Origin: Okamejei kenojei
Taxonomy: Eukaryota
Length of the DNA stretch: 64,000 nucleotides
Direction of reading: 5' to 3'
Assembly: GCA_035221665.1 (NCBI GenBank)
Contig: CM069147.1
Location: 44,888,001 to 44,952,000 of the forward strand
Under the pieces are notes generated by a model. That model did no database searches and had not been told where the DNA came from. It saw only the letters and a program-made list of their open reading frames with translations. Each line of letters begins with the position of its first letter. Within the stretch, counting starts at the first letter, position 1. Both the position numbers and the translations under genes were made by a program. Below are positions 26,186-40,290 of the stretch, one piece after another.

Positions 26186-27230
26186 ACTCTTAACAACATT
26201 GACAACTGCCCCGCAACCCCACCCCACCCTCAGCGCATCTCTGACGGTAGTGTAAATGATTTTCTGTAGTTCTTGAATGTTTCAAAGACACGTAAAAAGT
26301 GTTAAATTATTAAAAACTTAAAAAGATCAAAAATTAAAATTAGATTAAAATGGACTAAAAACATTTAATTATGTATAAATTATTAAAAATCTTGAACAGA
26401 AACACTTTTAAAGCTAGCAATTTACTATTTCCTTTGCCTTCTAATTTACAGGCCTACAAAACCCCACTAAAATCTCTGGGATCTTGGATCCTGTGCCAGA
26501 ACTGAACCAGTGCACTACTGACAGATTCAGCCCACCAAATCTGTTAGTAGTAAGTCTGGGATCTCCGCAGTTGATAGTGCATGCACAGACCTGCTCACTT
26601 TAAATGTCAAAATGTCAGCAGCTTTGTTCACAGTTGCCAACGAGATCTTCCCATTGATAACCCTCGGCTCACAACTACAAAAAGAATTTGGAACAAAGCT
26701 GGTAAACTAATCTGTAGATCCATAAGTGTTTTTTCTTTTTCTCTAAATCAAGTCTGTCCTGTTGTATGAGTTGGGAAGACATCACCTCCTGAAAGGTTCA
26801 CCACCACAACGCTGCTGCAGGCAGACTGTTTGCCAAACATTGTGCTTGGCCTTACATTGCAATGTGGGTTTATTGAAACTAACGGAGGCAAACTTTAACC
26901 ATCTCGTCCTTCATTGACTGGAAGTCCAGTGGCCTTTGTGTGCTGTGGGACCTGTTGGGAGATGCAGTGGAACTGGGATCTTTGCACTGTGCGTTCTCAT
27001 CCGGTGTACATGTTACCCATTCATCAAGATAGGACTCATTTCATATCCCTTAGAATAGTGAGTGTTTTTAATTGTTCCCCATCTTTTACTACATGGTAAT
27101 GGCAAATGCAATCTTGCTCAAAAATAAACAGTCCGTGCTTATTTATTTTCACATTATAGCACTTGATGTCCTACGCCCATCCCACCTAGCAATCAATAAA
27201 TCAAGTTGTTTTAAGTTGGAACCAGCTACT

Positions 27231-27595
27231 GAAAGGCTTGGATCAAGTGAATGTGGAGAGGATGTTTCCACTAGTGGGAGAGTCTAAGATCAGAGGTCAT
27301 AGCCTCAGAATAAAAGGAGGTTCCATTAGAAGGAGGTGAGGAAGAATTTCTTTAGTCAGAGGGTGGTGAATCTGTGAAATTCATAGCCACAGAAGGCTGT
27401 GGAGGCCAAGTCAATGGATATTTTTTTTTAAGGCAGTGATAGATAGATTCTTGATTAGTATGGGTGTCAGGGGTTATGGGAAGGTATGAGAATGGGGTTG
27501 AGAGGGAAAGATAGATCAGCTATTATTGAATGGCAGAGTTGAGTTGATGGACCGAATGGCCTAATTCTGCTCCTATCACATGAACTTATGAACTT
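27231..27595 (+). mobile_element. CR1-type LINE 3' end
   Basis: gtggagaggatgtttccactagtgggagagtc...agtcagagggtggtgaatctgtg...ggcctaattctgctcctat, with an (atgaactt)n tail. Confidence 0.85.
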
Positions 27596-27979
27596 AGAAA
27601 TCAGAACTGAGTGTTTGATGGGAGGGGTGACTCTAACCATTTGGAATGTTTAAAGAAGCTTTTTATTATTTCAAACAGGAAGTGAGGAGGCTTGAGTTTT
27701 CATTGAAACTGAATCGGTAAAACAGTTGGAAATACCATTTTAAGTATTATGTTTGCCTTGAAATCCTTTGGCAGAACTTAAATGGCTTTGTAACTTTAAC
27801 AGAGAATTGACATTCTAGAGTCTGATGAGAGGTTGGTTGAATGTTGACTTTATTGAAATGAAAGATGGTGAATGGGCACACCTCACTTTTTCTTCAAATG
27901 CGGAGGAGAGCGAATGATGTCACAATGGAAGCAAGCATATAGTTGACAAACTTAAAGTAAGTCCAGAGATCCAGAAGAA

Positions 27980-28150
27980 ATGTGTGGGAAGGAACTGCAG
28001 ATGCTGGTTTAAACCGAAGATAGACACATAATGCTGGAGTAACTCAGCGGGACAGGCAGCATCTCTGGAGAGAAGGAATGGGCGACGTTTCGGGTCGAGC
28101 CTGAAGAAAGGTCTCGACCCGAAAACGTCACACATTCTTCTCTCCAGAAA
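27980..28150. mobile_element. Fold-back PLE fragment with hammerhead-like core
   Basis: Antisense arm 27980-28100 joined to a sense arm starting CTGAAGA (28101) ... GAAAACGTC (28121-28129). Confidence 0.85.
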
Positions 28151-29247
28151 TGTTTTTTTCTGTCACTGGCGCAGATTTGTACCTAAAGAAACTGCTGTGC
28201 CATTTAATGGATGTAAAACAAGTCTGTCTGGGAAAGGTATTGACAACTGCATGGTTAAGTACAGTTCGCTATTATAAATAGGGTAGAAAGCAATGATTTT
28301 CTGGCTACTGCTATTGCAAACCATTTGCAAGCGAGGCAAATGGCTAGTGGTTTATACATATAATAGTCAGATATACTAGTTTGTATTTGTTTTATTGTGT
28401 ATGTGTGTGTATACAAAAGACTGAAGGTGTTGATTAGCCTTATATAATTCCTTCTTTGTTTCCTTCTTTGTGTTATTAATCACAGTGACTAATGTTAGGA
28501 TCCTGAACTTTATATTCTTTAACTTGATATTTTAAGCCAAAACAAAATGTTGTAGCTCTGCCGCCACCACTAAGACAGTAGTTATATTAGTGGTTTCAAC
28601 AAAGAAAATTCCACCTATAGTTGGGAGATGCTATATTTCATTTCTACCTGGAGCAAACATTCGACTTTTATAACTTACATTGCCACTCGACATGAATTTA
28701 AAACAGGGCCTTATATAAGTTCTTGGGATAAGAACTAATTCCTTAATTTGTTCAATTGAATAACTCCCACCGGTTGAGAAATTCTCAGAAAGATTTGTTC
28801 AAAGTGCCAGAAGTACATTCTCGTCTTTTTCACACACACAAAATTATATCCTTTCCCTGCCTACAGGGCTATTTAAAATTACAGGTTCATCGAATCTGTA
28901 CATTTTCATGAGTCAGTCCCCTCCAGTAATAAAACAATTACAGTTCTTAAGGCATTTGGCCAATCATTCCAGGTGATAGTATCTTTTGACTGTTATAAAG
29001 TTGTAATAATGCTATATGTTAGAGTAGTCCAGGTTGTTCATTAGAACAACTCTATAAATTTAATCACAGCGCCATTCTGTAAGATTCCACTAATTAAATT
29101 AGGACGCTGTTGGTATTGAGGAAAAAAACATTGCCTTAGACATTTGATGATTAATCAAGGAGAGCAGAAGGATATGTTTTACTTCTTATGGAGTGGCATA
29201 GGTGTATGGGCGGGGAACTCTAACTCACAGAAACATTTGTTCTGAGA

Positions 29248-30130
29248 TAGTCATACACCACAGAAACAGGCCCCTCAACTCAACTTGTCCATGCTGACCA
29301 AGGTGCTCCACATACACTGGTCCCATCTGCCCGCATTTGGCCGATTCACACTAAACCTTTGCCATCCATGACATGACCAAATGCCTTTTAAACATTATCA
29401 TAATATCTGCCACAATTACTTCCTCTGGCAGCAAGTTCCATATAGCCACCACCATCTGTATGAAAAAAATGTCCCTCAGGTTGCTATTATATCTTTCCCC
29501 ACACACCTTAAACCCATGCCCTCTGCTTCTTAATTCCATTACTCTGGGCAAAAGACTCAGTGTATTCACCATAGGTATTCCCCTCATGATTTTATACACC
29601 TCAATAAGATCACCATTCAGCCTCCTGCGCTCCAAGAAATAAAGTCCTAGTCTGCCCAACCTCTCCCTATAACTCAGGGCCTTGAGTTCTGGCAACATCC
29701 TCGTAAATTTTCTCAGCCCTCTTTCTACCTTAATGACATCCTTCCTATAGCAGGGTTAACAAAACTGAACACAATGCTCCAAATACAGCCTAACCAATGT
29801 GTTGTACAACGGTAACAAACATCCCAACTCCTGTCCTCGGTACCCTGACTGATGAAGGCCAGTGTACTGAAGGCCTTCTTGAACATCCCGATCTACCTGT
29901 GATGCCATTTACAGAGAAAATCTCCTAGATATCTCTGCTCTACAACACTTCCAAGGACCCTACCATTGACTATGAAGGTCTTGCCCTGGTTTAACTTCCC
30001 AAAATATAACACTTCGCACTTATCTGCATTAAACTCCATTAGCCATTCCTCAGCGCACTTGCCCAGCTGATCAAGATCATGCTGGAATTTCTGACAACCA
30101 CCTTCACTATCTTTGATAGCACTCATCTGA
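29248..30130 (-). mobile_element. CR1 LINE fragment (RT C-terminus + 3' UTR), degenerate
   Basis: ORFs 29893..30141 (QHDLDQLGKCAEEWLMEFNADKCEVLYFG) and 29351..29698 (LSYRERLGRLGLYFLERRRLNGDLIEVYKIMRG) are typical CR1 ORF2 C-terminal motifs. Confidence 0.92.
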
Positions 30131-31029
30131 AAACTTATCAACTGTGCCTTGTACTTTCTCAGCTACATTCTAATATCATTCAGTATACTGGAAATACTCT
30201 GCTGGTCAGACAGTTTATGGGAGGAGAGAAACAGAACAAATGTTTAGCTTCATGTTTTTATTTCCCTTGTGTTTCCCTCTCCGAGCATGGAGCCGTCCCG
30301 CTGAATGTTCCAACATTTTCCATCTTTATTGAACATCTCCAGCAACTTTCATTTTTTGGAATATTTTTCTCTGCTTTGGTCAACCATTTCACCAATTAAA
30401 TTAATTAAGATCATAATGCTCAAAGGGCCAAATGGCTTCCTCCTGCACCTATTTTCTATGTTTCTATGTTTCTAATGATCCTATCCAACCCCCACCTTTG
30501 CAGGACTCCCATATCCATCCAGATTGAAATTATCTTTTTATTGTGTTGAAGTTCTGACTTTCATCTACTGGAAATAGACAATGTGCATTTAATGAATTGT
30601 CTCTATGATTGTTGGATTGTGCCCATGCTGGTGGGTTTGAGAACCTGTGCTGGATGGTTGTGAATTCTACACAGAGTTTCTGCGTAACACAAGCCTGGGG
30701 AATACTAAGTGCATTTATTTTTCACTGGTGTGGTCACTGGTTCACGCCATTGTTATCAAAGCAATGCTTAATCATTTCATTTTGTGTAAGTAGGCTGTTG
30801 TCTCTATGGAGATTAAAATGATCCACACTGCTTAAAACGATTAGAATAATTTTGCCATCATGTGCGTCTGCCATACAGTGCTCCAATCTTGGACATGGCA
30901 AGTGATGGTTTTCCTTTGGTGGTACGCCCATTGTTGTTTCTGCGCTGGATTTCATCACATACATTTCCCCCCATCTTTGTACAATAATACATAAGTCTTT
31001 AAGTATTATTTTAAAATAATTATTTACAA

Positions 31030-31150
31030 TTTTAATTTAGTTTATTGTCACGTGTCACAGTGAAAAGCTTTTGTTGCATGCTAACCATTCAGCGGAAAGA
31101 CAATACATGATTACAATCTAGCCATTTACAGTGTATCAATACATAATAAT
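31030..31150 (-). mobile_element. LINE 3' end fragment (Rex-Babar-like)
   Basis: tttagtttattgtcacgtg...gtgaaaagcttttgttgc...atacatgattacaatc; same family as 53185-54240 and 63005-63265. Confidence 0.6.
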
Positions 31151-31228
31151 TTAGGCATCCCATATCAGTAATTTCCAGTATTACCTGGTACGGCCTTTAG
31201 CCCTCCTCAAAGTTCAACTTAACTAACT

Positions 31229-31463
31229 TCAGTCAGAGGATGGTGAGTATGTGGAATTCTTTGCCACAGAGAGCTGTGGAGGACAAATCAATGGATATAT
31301 TTAAGGCAGAGGTAGATAAATTCTTGATTAGTATGGGTGTCAGGGGTTACGGGGAGAAGGCTGGAGAATGGGGTTAGGAGATAGAGATAGACCAGCCATG
31401 GTCTATTGAATGGTGAAGATGATTTGATGACTTAATTCTGCTCCTATCACTTATGACCTTATG
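31229..31463 (+). mobile_element. CR1-type LINE 3' end
   Basis: Colinear with 27350-27595. Confidence 0.85.
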
Positions 31464-32624
31464 AAGTGTGCTGCAAAGTCTAGCAAAAACATCTATTCAC
31501 TACATTGTCAGCATCAATGCATACTCTTACGCTTATATAATGGAAACAACTGAACTATATTTGGGTCGCTAATGGAAATAGTTTATTAGAATATCGAAGA
31601 TGGGATTACATATTCTGGTTATTGTGTAACTGTATGCGATCACCACAGCAATCCCCTCCCCCAACACTAAGGTGACTCTTCAAATGTGTATAACCATTTT
31701 CACATACTAACAGCGATCCATAACGATGCACAGTCCTTTTAATGTTCTTTTTGTAACTATCTTCTGAATGGCTTGCAAAGAAATAAGGGACGTGCTGCTT
31801 GTTTTCACAATCATCAAATGGAACTTTAATGGTCGGAATAATCAAATATCTACAAGAATTTAAAATGTTCTCAACACAGAATCTATTTCATTCCATCCTT
31901 CATGGGGTTACAATGGGTCGGCCTAATTGAAATTTTAGAAACAGTTAATTAGACCGCATATCGGCAAAGCCAGCAGTGCTTTCAAATATGCAATGTGAAT
32001 ATAACGCAGTTTATTTCTTTCGAAAACCCGCAAACGCTGCGTGGCCATAGAATTTCATCAAACCCTCCAGTGATCAGTAACAGACGCAATTTATCTCACT
32101 TTATACCAGTGTTTTGTACTGTGCAGTAGGTCACCCAAAATCTATACTGGACAATTTGCATTGGATTTACCTCTGAGAAAGAGAGAAGGAAATTGCCTCA
32201 GCAAATTCAACCAATGGAGGTTTGCAAATTCTTCCAAACTGCGGTCAAATTCAAAAGAAAAGCACACTCATGGCACACACTCACTCACTCAGAATTATTT
32301 CATCAGTCACAATCTGTCTGCATCAAACACAAATTTTTATGAGAAAGGAACCATTCAGGGCATGCCCTCGAGCAATTCAAAATGTGGAGTTGCCATTTTA
32401 ACAGTCAAGAATCAGCATCGAATTGACTGTGATTATTTTGTACGCAGAGATCTGTGGATTCGGGGAAATTAAAATGCTCAAAATACTCAGCTGATCAGGC
32501 AAAGCATGTGTAGAATAAGATACAGAGTTCTATAAAAGCCCTATTCATCAAACATAGGTGGGGTTCCTGTTCCACATATGTCATCGCTCCATGCTCACGG
32601 ACATAACAAACTTGATGTACCTAA

Positions 32625-32836
32625 GATAGACACAAAATGCTGGAGTAACTCAGCGGGGCAGGCAGCATCTCTGGCGAGAAGGAATGGGTGACGTTTTCGG
32701 GACGAGACCCTTCTTCAGACTCTCGATCCGAAACATCACCCATTCCTTCTCTCCAGAGATGCTGCCTGTCCCTCTGAGTTACTCCAACATTTTGTGTCTA
32801 TCTTCGATTTAAACCAGCTTCTGCAGTTCCTTCCTA
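32625..32836. mobile_element. Fold-back (palindromic) PLE fragment
   Basis: gatagacacaaaatgctggag...cccttcttcagac is followed immediately by its reverse complement, tctcgatccgaaacatcacc...tgtgtctatcttcg. Confidence 0.9.
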
Positions 32837-33540
32837 TAAATCTTCATTCTTGCATTCTTTACACCAGAGCCTGACGTATGTGCTAAGGTTTCATTATGTA
32901 CCTTACACTGGCTGCATATTCTAATCTGTTGTGGTCTACTATAGCAGAATGATGCACTTTGTTGGCTGCTTCTGCCTTATCTGGATTGGTTGTGCCAGTC
33001 AGTCCCAAACCACATTTTGGGCCAGTTACCTTTCATCAATTCTCTGGTCCGTTATCAGTTCTGATGAAACAAATGATTGAGCTGAAACAGGAATGTTTTC
33101 TCTCTTGCTCGCCCTCTCCAAAGGCGTTGTCCAGCCAACTGAGTATATCCAGAATTTCCTGCTTTTAATTAAGATTTCCAGCATCTGCAGTTGATTGGTT
33201 TGCTTATGAAGGCAAAAGAGACTGCAGGTGCTAACACATGGAACAAAACATAAAAGGCTGGTAAAACTTAGTGGGTTGATCTGCATCTGTGAAGGCAGAA
33301 GATGTATGTCAATGTTTCAGGTCAAGAGCCTGCATCATCTCCCTCATTGACCCACTGACGTCTTCCAGCGTTCTGTTTTTTGCTTTATTTTATTTATGTT
33401 TTCATCCAATTGCTATATTTCTATGTTATGCCATTGACTATACAGGCACTTCTTGACCTATGTAATAGGTGACTTACATAAATTCACATAAATTCGCACT
33501 TGCGTAAATGTGGGGAAATCCTTTATGTCCTTTGAAGCCT

Positions 33541-33710
33541 CCGTGTTGGAGCTCCCCTATGATCTCCACGTTGGAGCTCCCACATGGTCTCCGCAGCAGT
33601 GCTCCTCTGTGTTGGAGCTCCCCCGTGGTCTCCACGTTGGAGCCCCTACATGGTCTCCGCATTGGAGCTCCCCCTTGCCCTCTGTGTTGGAGCTTCCCTG
33701 TGGTCTCCTT
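33541..33710. repeat. 25-bp minisatellite (6 cores)
   Basis: ttggagc cores start at 33546, 33571, 33612, 33637, 33662 and 33687 (spacing 25, 41, 25, 25, 25). Confidence 0.9.
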
Positions 33711-34377
33711 GTTGAATAGTACATTTACATGTGCGCAGTAGCATTTCCGTTTCTGACGTATGTAACATCCGACTTGCACAAGGGTCCACTGAACCTAATG
33801 CTTACATATGTCGGGGAGTGTCTGTACATGCAAATCACCCAGTCTTATGGTACTTAACATTGGATGGATACTCTTGATGATTTCCATGTTGTCATGCCTG
33901 TAGGTTTGGACAGCAAGTCCTTTAAGTGCAGATGGGTTTTGTAGCTGCAGTTAATTCAGTGGAACACCAAAGCTTTTCCACCGATGGAATACACGTGTTC
34001 AAATACTATGATCATGGAACCATCAAAGTGAAATTCTGACAGCACGGTATTGATGCCTGAGAATTAAGATGCCAATTTAGAAAATGGGACGGTTGATATG
34101 GAATGTTGTTGTGTCATGAAAATATCCCATTGAATTAAGACACACTGCTCATATCTCCACTTCTGATGGGAGATCTGGGCTCCTTGAGAACTCCAACTTG
34201 GAATTGCATTACCAATATGGAGTAGGACACGCAAGCTTTATTTTCTGAAAGTTTTCATTAACAAGCGTTATTTCAAAGGGGCAGTAAATAAAAATGAAAA
34301 GTGAATAGTTTAATACGTGTTACATTTTGTAGGCAACGCCTTAATTGTTTTCACGTTCACTTGGCTACGATTAAGGT

Positions 34378-34690
34378 GCACCATAGTGTTGTGGTTATGT
34401 TGCAGGATCAGTTGTCCATAGGCCTGGGAGACAAACAGGAAATGAGATGACAAAATGCAGCAAGACAGCTGGGGAGCTTAAGTTCAGTTAATTATCGTAA
34501 TCAACAAAAAATATCAGTCAGGATGACTATGAAGCTACTGGTTGTCATAAATATCCATCTGGTTCTCTCATGCTGTTTAATGGAGAAAGTCTGTTGCCAT
34601 ATTTGGTCTGTCTCTAGTGTGATTCAGGGTACGTAGCATTGTGGTTGACTTGTATCTGTCCTCTGAAATGATTGATTGGAAAAGCACTTG
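34378..34690 (+). mobile_element. Old, diverged tRNA-derived SINE
   Basis: gtggttatgttgcagga...ccatctggttc...tgtggttgact...cctctgaaatg resembles an old chondrichthyan SINE (from recall). Confidence 0.5.
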
Positions 34691-34961
34691 ATTTAAAAAA
34701 AAAGTCTAAAATACATATTACGACAAGAATAGAACCCTTTGGACCACGGGACACGATAAAAACAAATGCGCACGTATGAAGCTAGCCTTGCTAAATAAAC
34801 CCTCTTTACTGACAATTGGGAACCGGTGCCAAAATTTAGAGAGCTGCCACACAGGCTAGTTCAGCAGCAGCCTGATGTTGTCTTATACAAAGAATTATAT
34901 CTCTCACTCATGTCCCAAGTACCACCAGCACCATTCCTGAGTATACCTTTGCCCAAAAGAA

Positions 34962-35322
34962 AAGACACAAAGTGCTGGAGTAACTCCGCAGGTCAGGCAG
35001 CATTTATGGAGGACATGGATAGGTGACGTTTCAGCTCGCAACCCTTCCTTAGAGTCTGAAGAAGGGTCCCGATCTGAAACGTCACCTATCCATGTTCACC
35101 AGAGATGCAGCCTGACCCGCTGAGTTGCTCCAGCATAGGCTCATAAGATCAGAAGTGAAAGGAGCAGAATTAGGCCAATAGGCCCATCAAGTCCACACTG
35201 CCATTCAATAATGGCTGATCTATCTCTCCCTCCTAACCCCATTCTCCTGCCTTCTCCCCAGAACCCCTGATACCCTTGTGTACTTTGTGTAAACCAGCTT
35301 TTGCAGTTCTTTATTTCTACAC
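34962..35322. mobile_element. Fold-back PLE fragment with hammerhead, split by a CR1 tail (~35138-35275, -)
   Basis: CTGAAGA 35056-35062 and GAAACGTC 35076-35083. The PLE tail resumes at ~35276 after the CR1 insert. Confidence 0.85.
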
Positions 35323-35844
35323 CTTTGCCCGTCTGTGTAACAGACTCGCTATGTGTGGTGACACAGTGAAATGCAGTCAGGAAGGATTTTTAAAAATAAT
35401 CAAAGTACACTTTATTCAAGTAAATAAACATATACAATACAGGAACCGTGCAAAAAAATTGTCTGACATTCTCGGAGGCTATACATACACTCAATACTGT
35501 TTACCCAAGTCAGGAAGGATTGGCTTGGACACTCAACACCAGCTCTGGATCTGATTATGTTTTGCGGCAAGAGGCTAAACGTGGAGAGGACCGTTTGCTT
35601 CCTCCTGTCTTCCCTCCTATGCGAGAATCAGCACTTTTTGAATACCACTTGGGAAAACACATTGGGAATATCAAGGTTGGAGAACTGCCTGGCTTCTGAA
35701 AAATATAATTGTCATACAGCAGATGTATCCAAGGTATCCAATACTGGGAAAAACCTATGTGCCATCATTTATCAATAAACCTGTTGTAGATGTATTTGTC
35801 CAAGAGTGCACTGGTAGAATGAGCCATATGTAGTATGAGTGTGC

Positions 35845-36043
35845 AAAAAGGAACTGCAGATGCTGGTTTACACTGAAGATAGACACAAAATGCCAGAGTA
35901 AAACTCAGTGGGACAGGCAGCATATCTGGATAGAAGGAATCGGTGAGTCTAAAGAAGGATCTCAACCCAAAACTTCACCCATTCCTCCTATCCAGAGATG
36001 CTGCCTGTCCCGCTGAGCTACTCCAGCATTTTGTGTCTATCTT
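35845..36043. mobile_element. Fold-back PLE fragment
   Basis: Antisense and sense arms of the PLE tail abut near 35947. Confidence 0.85.
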
Positions 36044-36487
36044 CTTTGTTGTATGAAACTATCAGAAAGAAAAGGAATAAATTTAGCATGGATCTGGCAA
36101 TGCAAAAGGAACAAAAAATACACTGAGGCCAACAGATTGCCAGTAAGAGCAGCAGTAGCAGGAGAGTTGTAATGCAACCTTGTGTCCCCCCGTACCACTC
36201 ACCACCATTGCTGTTTAGTCAGCGGACCAGGGCTATTCATTGAACAGCGAAAAAGATGAAGAGGGTGTGGTTGTCCTTTCTTTTGCCTCTCAGCTCCTCA
36301 GCTCCTCAGCTCATGTCTCAGAAGTGTAGTGTTGTCACTTGATCTCATTCTTAAAACTAAGTGGCCATAATGGAGAAAAATAGACAAACTATAAGTTAAC
36401 CCAATGTGAACTGCACCAGAACAACAAGGAAATGTGCATTACTTATCTTCTTGGTAGATGATGTTTGAACCATATAGTACTTTGGGA

Positions 36488-37320
36488 AAACACAAAGTGT
36501 TGGAGGAACTCAGCAGGTCAGACAGCAATTGGGGAGAGAATGAACAGATGACATTTTGTGGATGGGACCATTCTTTAGACAGACTGATGTAGGGGGGGAG
36601 GGGGGGGGAGCTGGAAAAGAGAGGCGGGGGCAAGACAAAGCCTGGTAAGTGATATGTGGCTACAGGTGAGGGGGTTTCAATGGCAGGTGGGTGGAGTAAG
36701 TGACAAAGACTATGGCTAAAACTGAGACAAAAGTGTGTCAGATAACTAGGGGAGCAGTGAAATATAAAGCCAGAGGGTTGTGTATCGAAGAGGAGAGAGG
36801 GGAGGGGAAAGAGGAGGGGAGGAGTAAATTAAAGTGGGGGAATGAGTGTATACGTGAGGGGAAAGGAGCAGATGACTGGTGAGGTGGGAGAAATGGGAGT
36901 TCACAAGGGTGGAAATGAGAAGCATGGGAAAGTAAGAGAGGGTAGGGGACATATTACTTGAAGTTGCAGAATTCAATATTTATCTTGGGTACACAAAAAG
37001 CTGGAGAAACTCAGCGGGTGCATCAGCATCTAAGGAGCGAAGGGGATAGACGACGTTTCGGGTCGAGACCCTTCTTCAGACTATTTATCTTTTTGGGTTG
37101 TAAGCTACTCAAGAGGAATATAAGTTGCTGTTCCTCCAGTTTGTGTGTTGCCTCACTCGAGCAATGGAAGAGGCCAAGGACAAAAAGATCAGTATGGAAA
37201 TGGGAAGGTGAGTTAAAAATGGTTAGCAACCGAGAGATCCAACGTGCTTTGTCGGATAGAGTGTAAGTGTTTGGCAAAATGGTTGCCTTGTCTATGCTTA
37301 GTCTCACCAATATAAAGGCA
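36488..37320 (-). mobile_element. Degenerate PLE with GIY-YIG remnant, carrying a nested younger PLE insertion (36987-37081)
   Basis: ORF 37023..37340 contains FNSPSHFHTDLFVLGL...HKLEEQQLIF. The nested insert is flanked by a 10-bp duplication, tatttatctt (36977-36986, 37082-37091). Confidence 0.85.
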
Positions 37321-38171
37321 GCAACTTGTTGTTTGCTCACAATTCCAGCAATTGTAGTTTATTGTGCTTCCTTTGTGCTTGGGGAAAGTCAGGAACCAAT
37401 CAGTTATAATTAACCGTTCTTAAAAAAAAAAGCATTAAAGAGGAGTGGCGAATCTTTGCGTGGTACAGCACAAACAGGATTTGTTGTACTTTGTGGGTTT
37501 AAAGCATTACTGGTGCGGTGGTAAATGTGTTGTGCAATTGTACTTAAGGGCAGATGTTCCTCATGTGACTTAATTATTCTGTTTTCCCTTTCAAGCAAAA
37601 AGATCTCTATCTTGTTCCATAACATGGACATATTCTACTGGGCTCGTACTTTTTAAAATTTGCTTGCATTTATGTGGTTAAAGGGCACCTAATAACTTTC
37701 CATCAAAAATAGAAATAGGTACTGATCAACAAAATCAAGTGTTTCGTCATTTCTCCATGGTATATATGATGCTTGGGACGAAGCAAACTGGCCCGTTTGT
37801 CCAGGGTCAGGATTGTAATCAGACGCTACCAGCCTCTGCTTTATTTTCTTTTAACAATCAGGAAAAATCTGTGGCCAAATAGGTATGGAAGCAAAAAAAT
37901 AAGGTCACATTTATCAAGGTGCTTTATTTACACTTTAATCCTTATAATTGCACACATGCTCAATGGCAGAATTCATTTGTTTGAATATTTGCCTACATAG
38001 CAACTTCAAATAATTTATCTATATGAATTGCTTTGAGCTACTGTTTTTATGAGGGACTTGATATATTTGTTTCCACCCTGTTTCTTTTTATATATTCTCC
38101 AAATTATTTTGAAATGACATTTCCACTTGTGACGTTTTCTACGCCTGTCATATTCTGAGTATTCTCTGTTG

Positions 38172-38355
38172 TCAGATTGCGGATACAATTATGATTTTTG
38201 AAAGATATTTGGACAGGTGTATGGATAGGAAGGGTTTATGAGGGATACGGGCTAAATGCAGCCAAATGGGACTAGACCAATATGCCAACTGGGTCAGCAT
38301 GGTCAAGGTGGGCTGAAGGGCCTGTTTTCGTGCTGTACAACTCTGACTCCATGAC
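38172..38355 (+). mobile_element. CR1-type LINE tail
   Basis: tttggacagg...atggataggaagggttt...gggctgaagggcctgtttt. Confidence 0.8.
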
Positions 38356-39951
38356 ATTTCTTATCCTGCCCCCTCTCTCCTATCAAGGCCCCACTTTCAG
38401 TACAAATTGGTGATGTGAGAAACAGGTTCAGACACAATTCTTTACATTGCACACTCTGCCTGCAGCTACAGTATCATTATTTTTTATTATTGTAAATCCT
38501 TCCTACATTGCTTTCATTTGTTTCTGACTCGGGCACATTCATAGTCGAAGATTTCACTTGGATGTGAATCTAAGAAAATGTAATCTCCAAATCAAGACTT
38601 ATATTAAAGTAATCATGTTTAAACGTCCCTATTAGGTAATACACACTTATCCCTTTTTAAAATATGGATCATTGCAAATCATTTAAAATGAGTAGTTGGA
38701 TTTAAAATAAAAGCATGTAATTTTAATTAATGCTGTAGTCATTAAGGCATAACTGGAGCTAAAACTTCAGTACTTAAAACTTAAGTTTGATCTGCTCTTT
38801 TGCAGAAACACATCTGTCCTAGTGTTTGATAAAAAACTTAGTGCAGCTTATATTAAATTATGTTTTGGTAATGACTCAATGCTAGAACTCTCAGCTCTGT
38901 ATCAGAGACTTGGGCAGACTATTCAGGTTGGTGCAGTATTGAAGAAATGGTCCACCATCAGAGATATATATTTTAGATGGCATATGAAACCAATGCATCA
39001 TATGCCAGAGGATGAGGGAGAATGGGCCGATGGGGAAACATTAAAAAAAAAAGGGAATGTCTTTGGTATTGAAGGCAAGAGATACAGAATTGACATTTTA
39101 GATAAAGTAACTCTCATTTGTTCTGATGAAATAACATTGACCTGAAATATGAGCACTGATTTTCTCTGCACAAATGCTGCCTGACCTGCTGAGTATCTCC
39201 AGCATTTTCTGTTTTATTTAAGATCCCATGGGCAACCAGACCATGTTTATCCTCGCTTCATCTCCACCAACCAATGCCTTAAAGAGCTGAACTGATAATT
39301 TTGTGTTAAATTGCAGTGTTGTGTGCCCATTAGTTCTGTGTGAATTATAATGCAAGTTAACACGTTTAATTACTGTGCAATATTTTGAGAAGATTTCAAA
39401 ATTAGGGCAAGTGATTTTTAAAATCTAATTTATAAGATGGTTTTGATTAATTTCTTCCCGTCCCTGAAGACTTCTTTGAAGAAGACGAGTTTTTATCCTT
39501 GAAGTGGCAGTCTTATTTAGAACAGGTAGATATGCACCTGAAGTATTGCACAGAGCACTCGGACTGTGCAAGCTTTCACCAACACTATGCAGTCAGGTGA
39601 TGAAACTCTGCCAGTCAGACATGTTGGGAGGGACAAGAATAACTGGAATATTTGGGCACTTGTTTCAAGATCATAACCGGTCAGGATCGTAAATGCCAAG
39701 GAAAGGCATACACTGGATGGTATCATTCTCTGTGCACAGCAATACTGGCAGATCCGATCCCATTATCCCAATGTCCATTACTCATCATTCCATGAACAAC
39801 CATATTTCCAAACCATACTCCCCAACTTAAACTCCAGGCAATCCCTATCGTACATGCTCCAATAGTACCTTGAGCACCACTGAATGTTGCAGCAACAGGC
39901 CTATTTTTCTTCCATTAGTCACTCAATAATTATTTAGTGCTTCCTTAAGAG

Positions 39952-40290
39952 TATCATGAAGTCATAGAGCATGCAAACAGGCCCAACTCGTGCAAGCTAA
40001 CCAAGATGCCTCATCAAAGCTAGTTCCATTTGCCCGTGTTTGCCGCATATCACTAAGCCTTTCCTTTCCATATACCTGTCCAAGTGTCTTTAAAATGCTG
40101 TCATAGTACCTGCCTCCTCCGGCAGCTCTTTCCATATACCCACCACACTATAATTGATAAAGGTTGTCCTTCAGGTTCCTATTAAACCTTGCACCACACC
40201 TTAAATCAATGTTCTCTGGTTCTTGATTCCCCTATCCTGGGAAAAACACTCTGTGCATTCACCCTATCTATTCCCTTCATGATTTTGTAT
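39952..40290 (-). mobile_element. CR1-type LINE 3' end
   Basis: Colinear with 29250-29600. Confidence 0.8.

Noticed and set aside
33541-33710. CRISPR-like regularly spaced palindromic repeats
   Set aside because: The spacers are short and similar to each other, there are no cas genes, and the context is vertebrate; this is a minisatellite.
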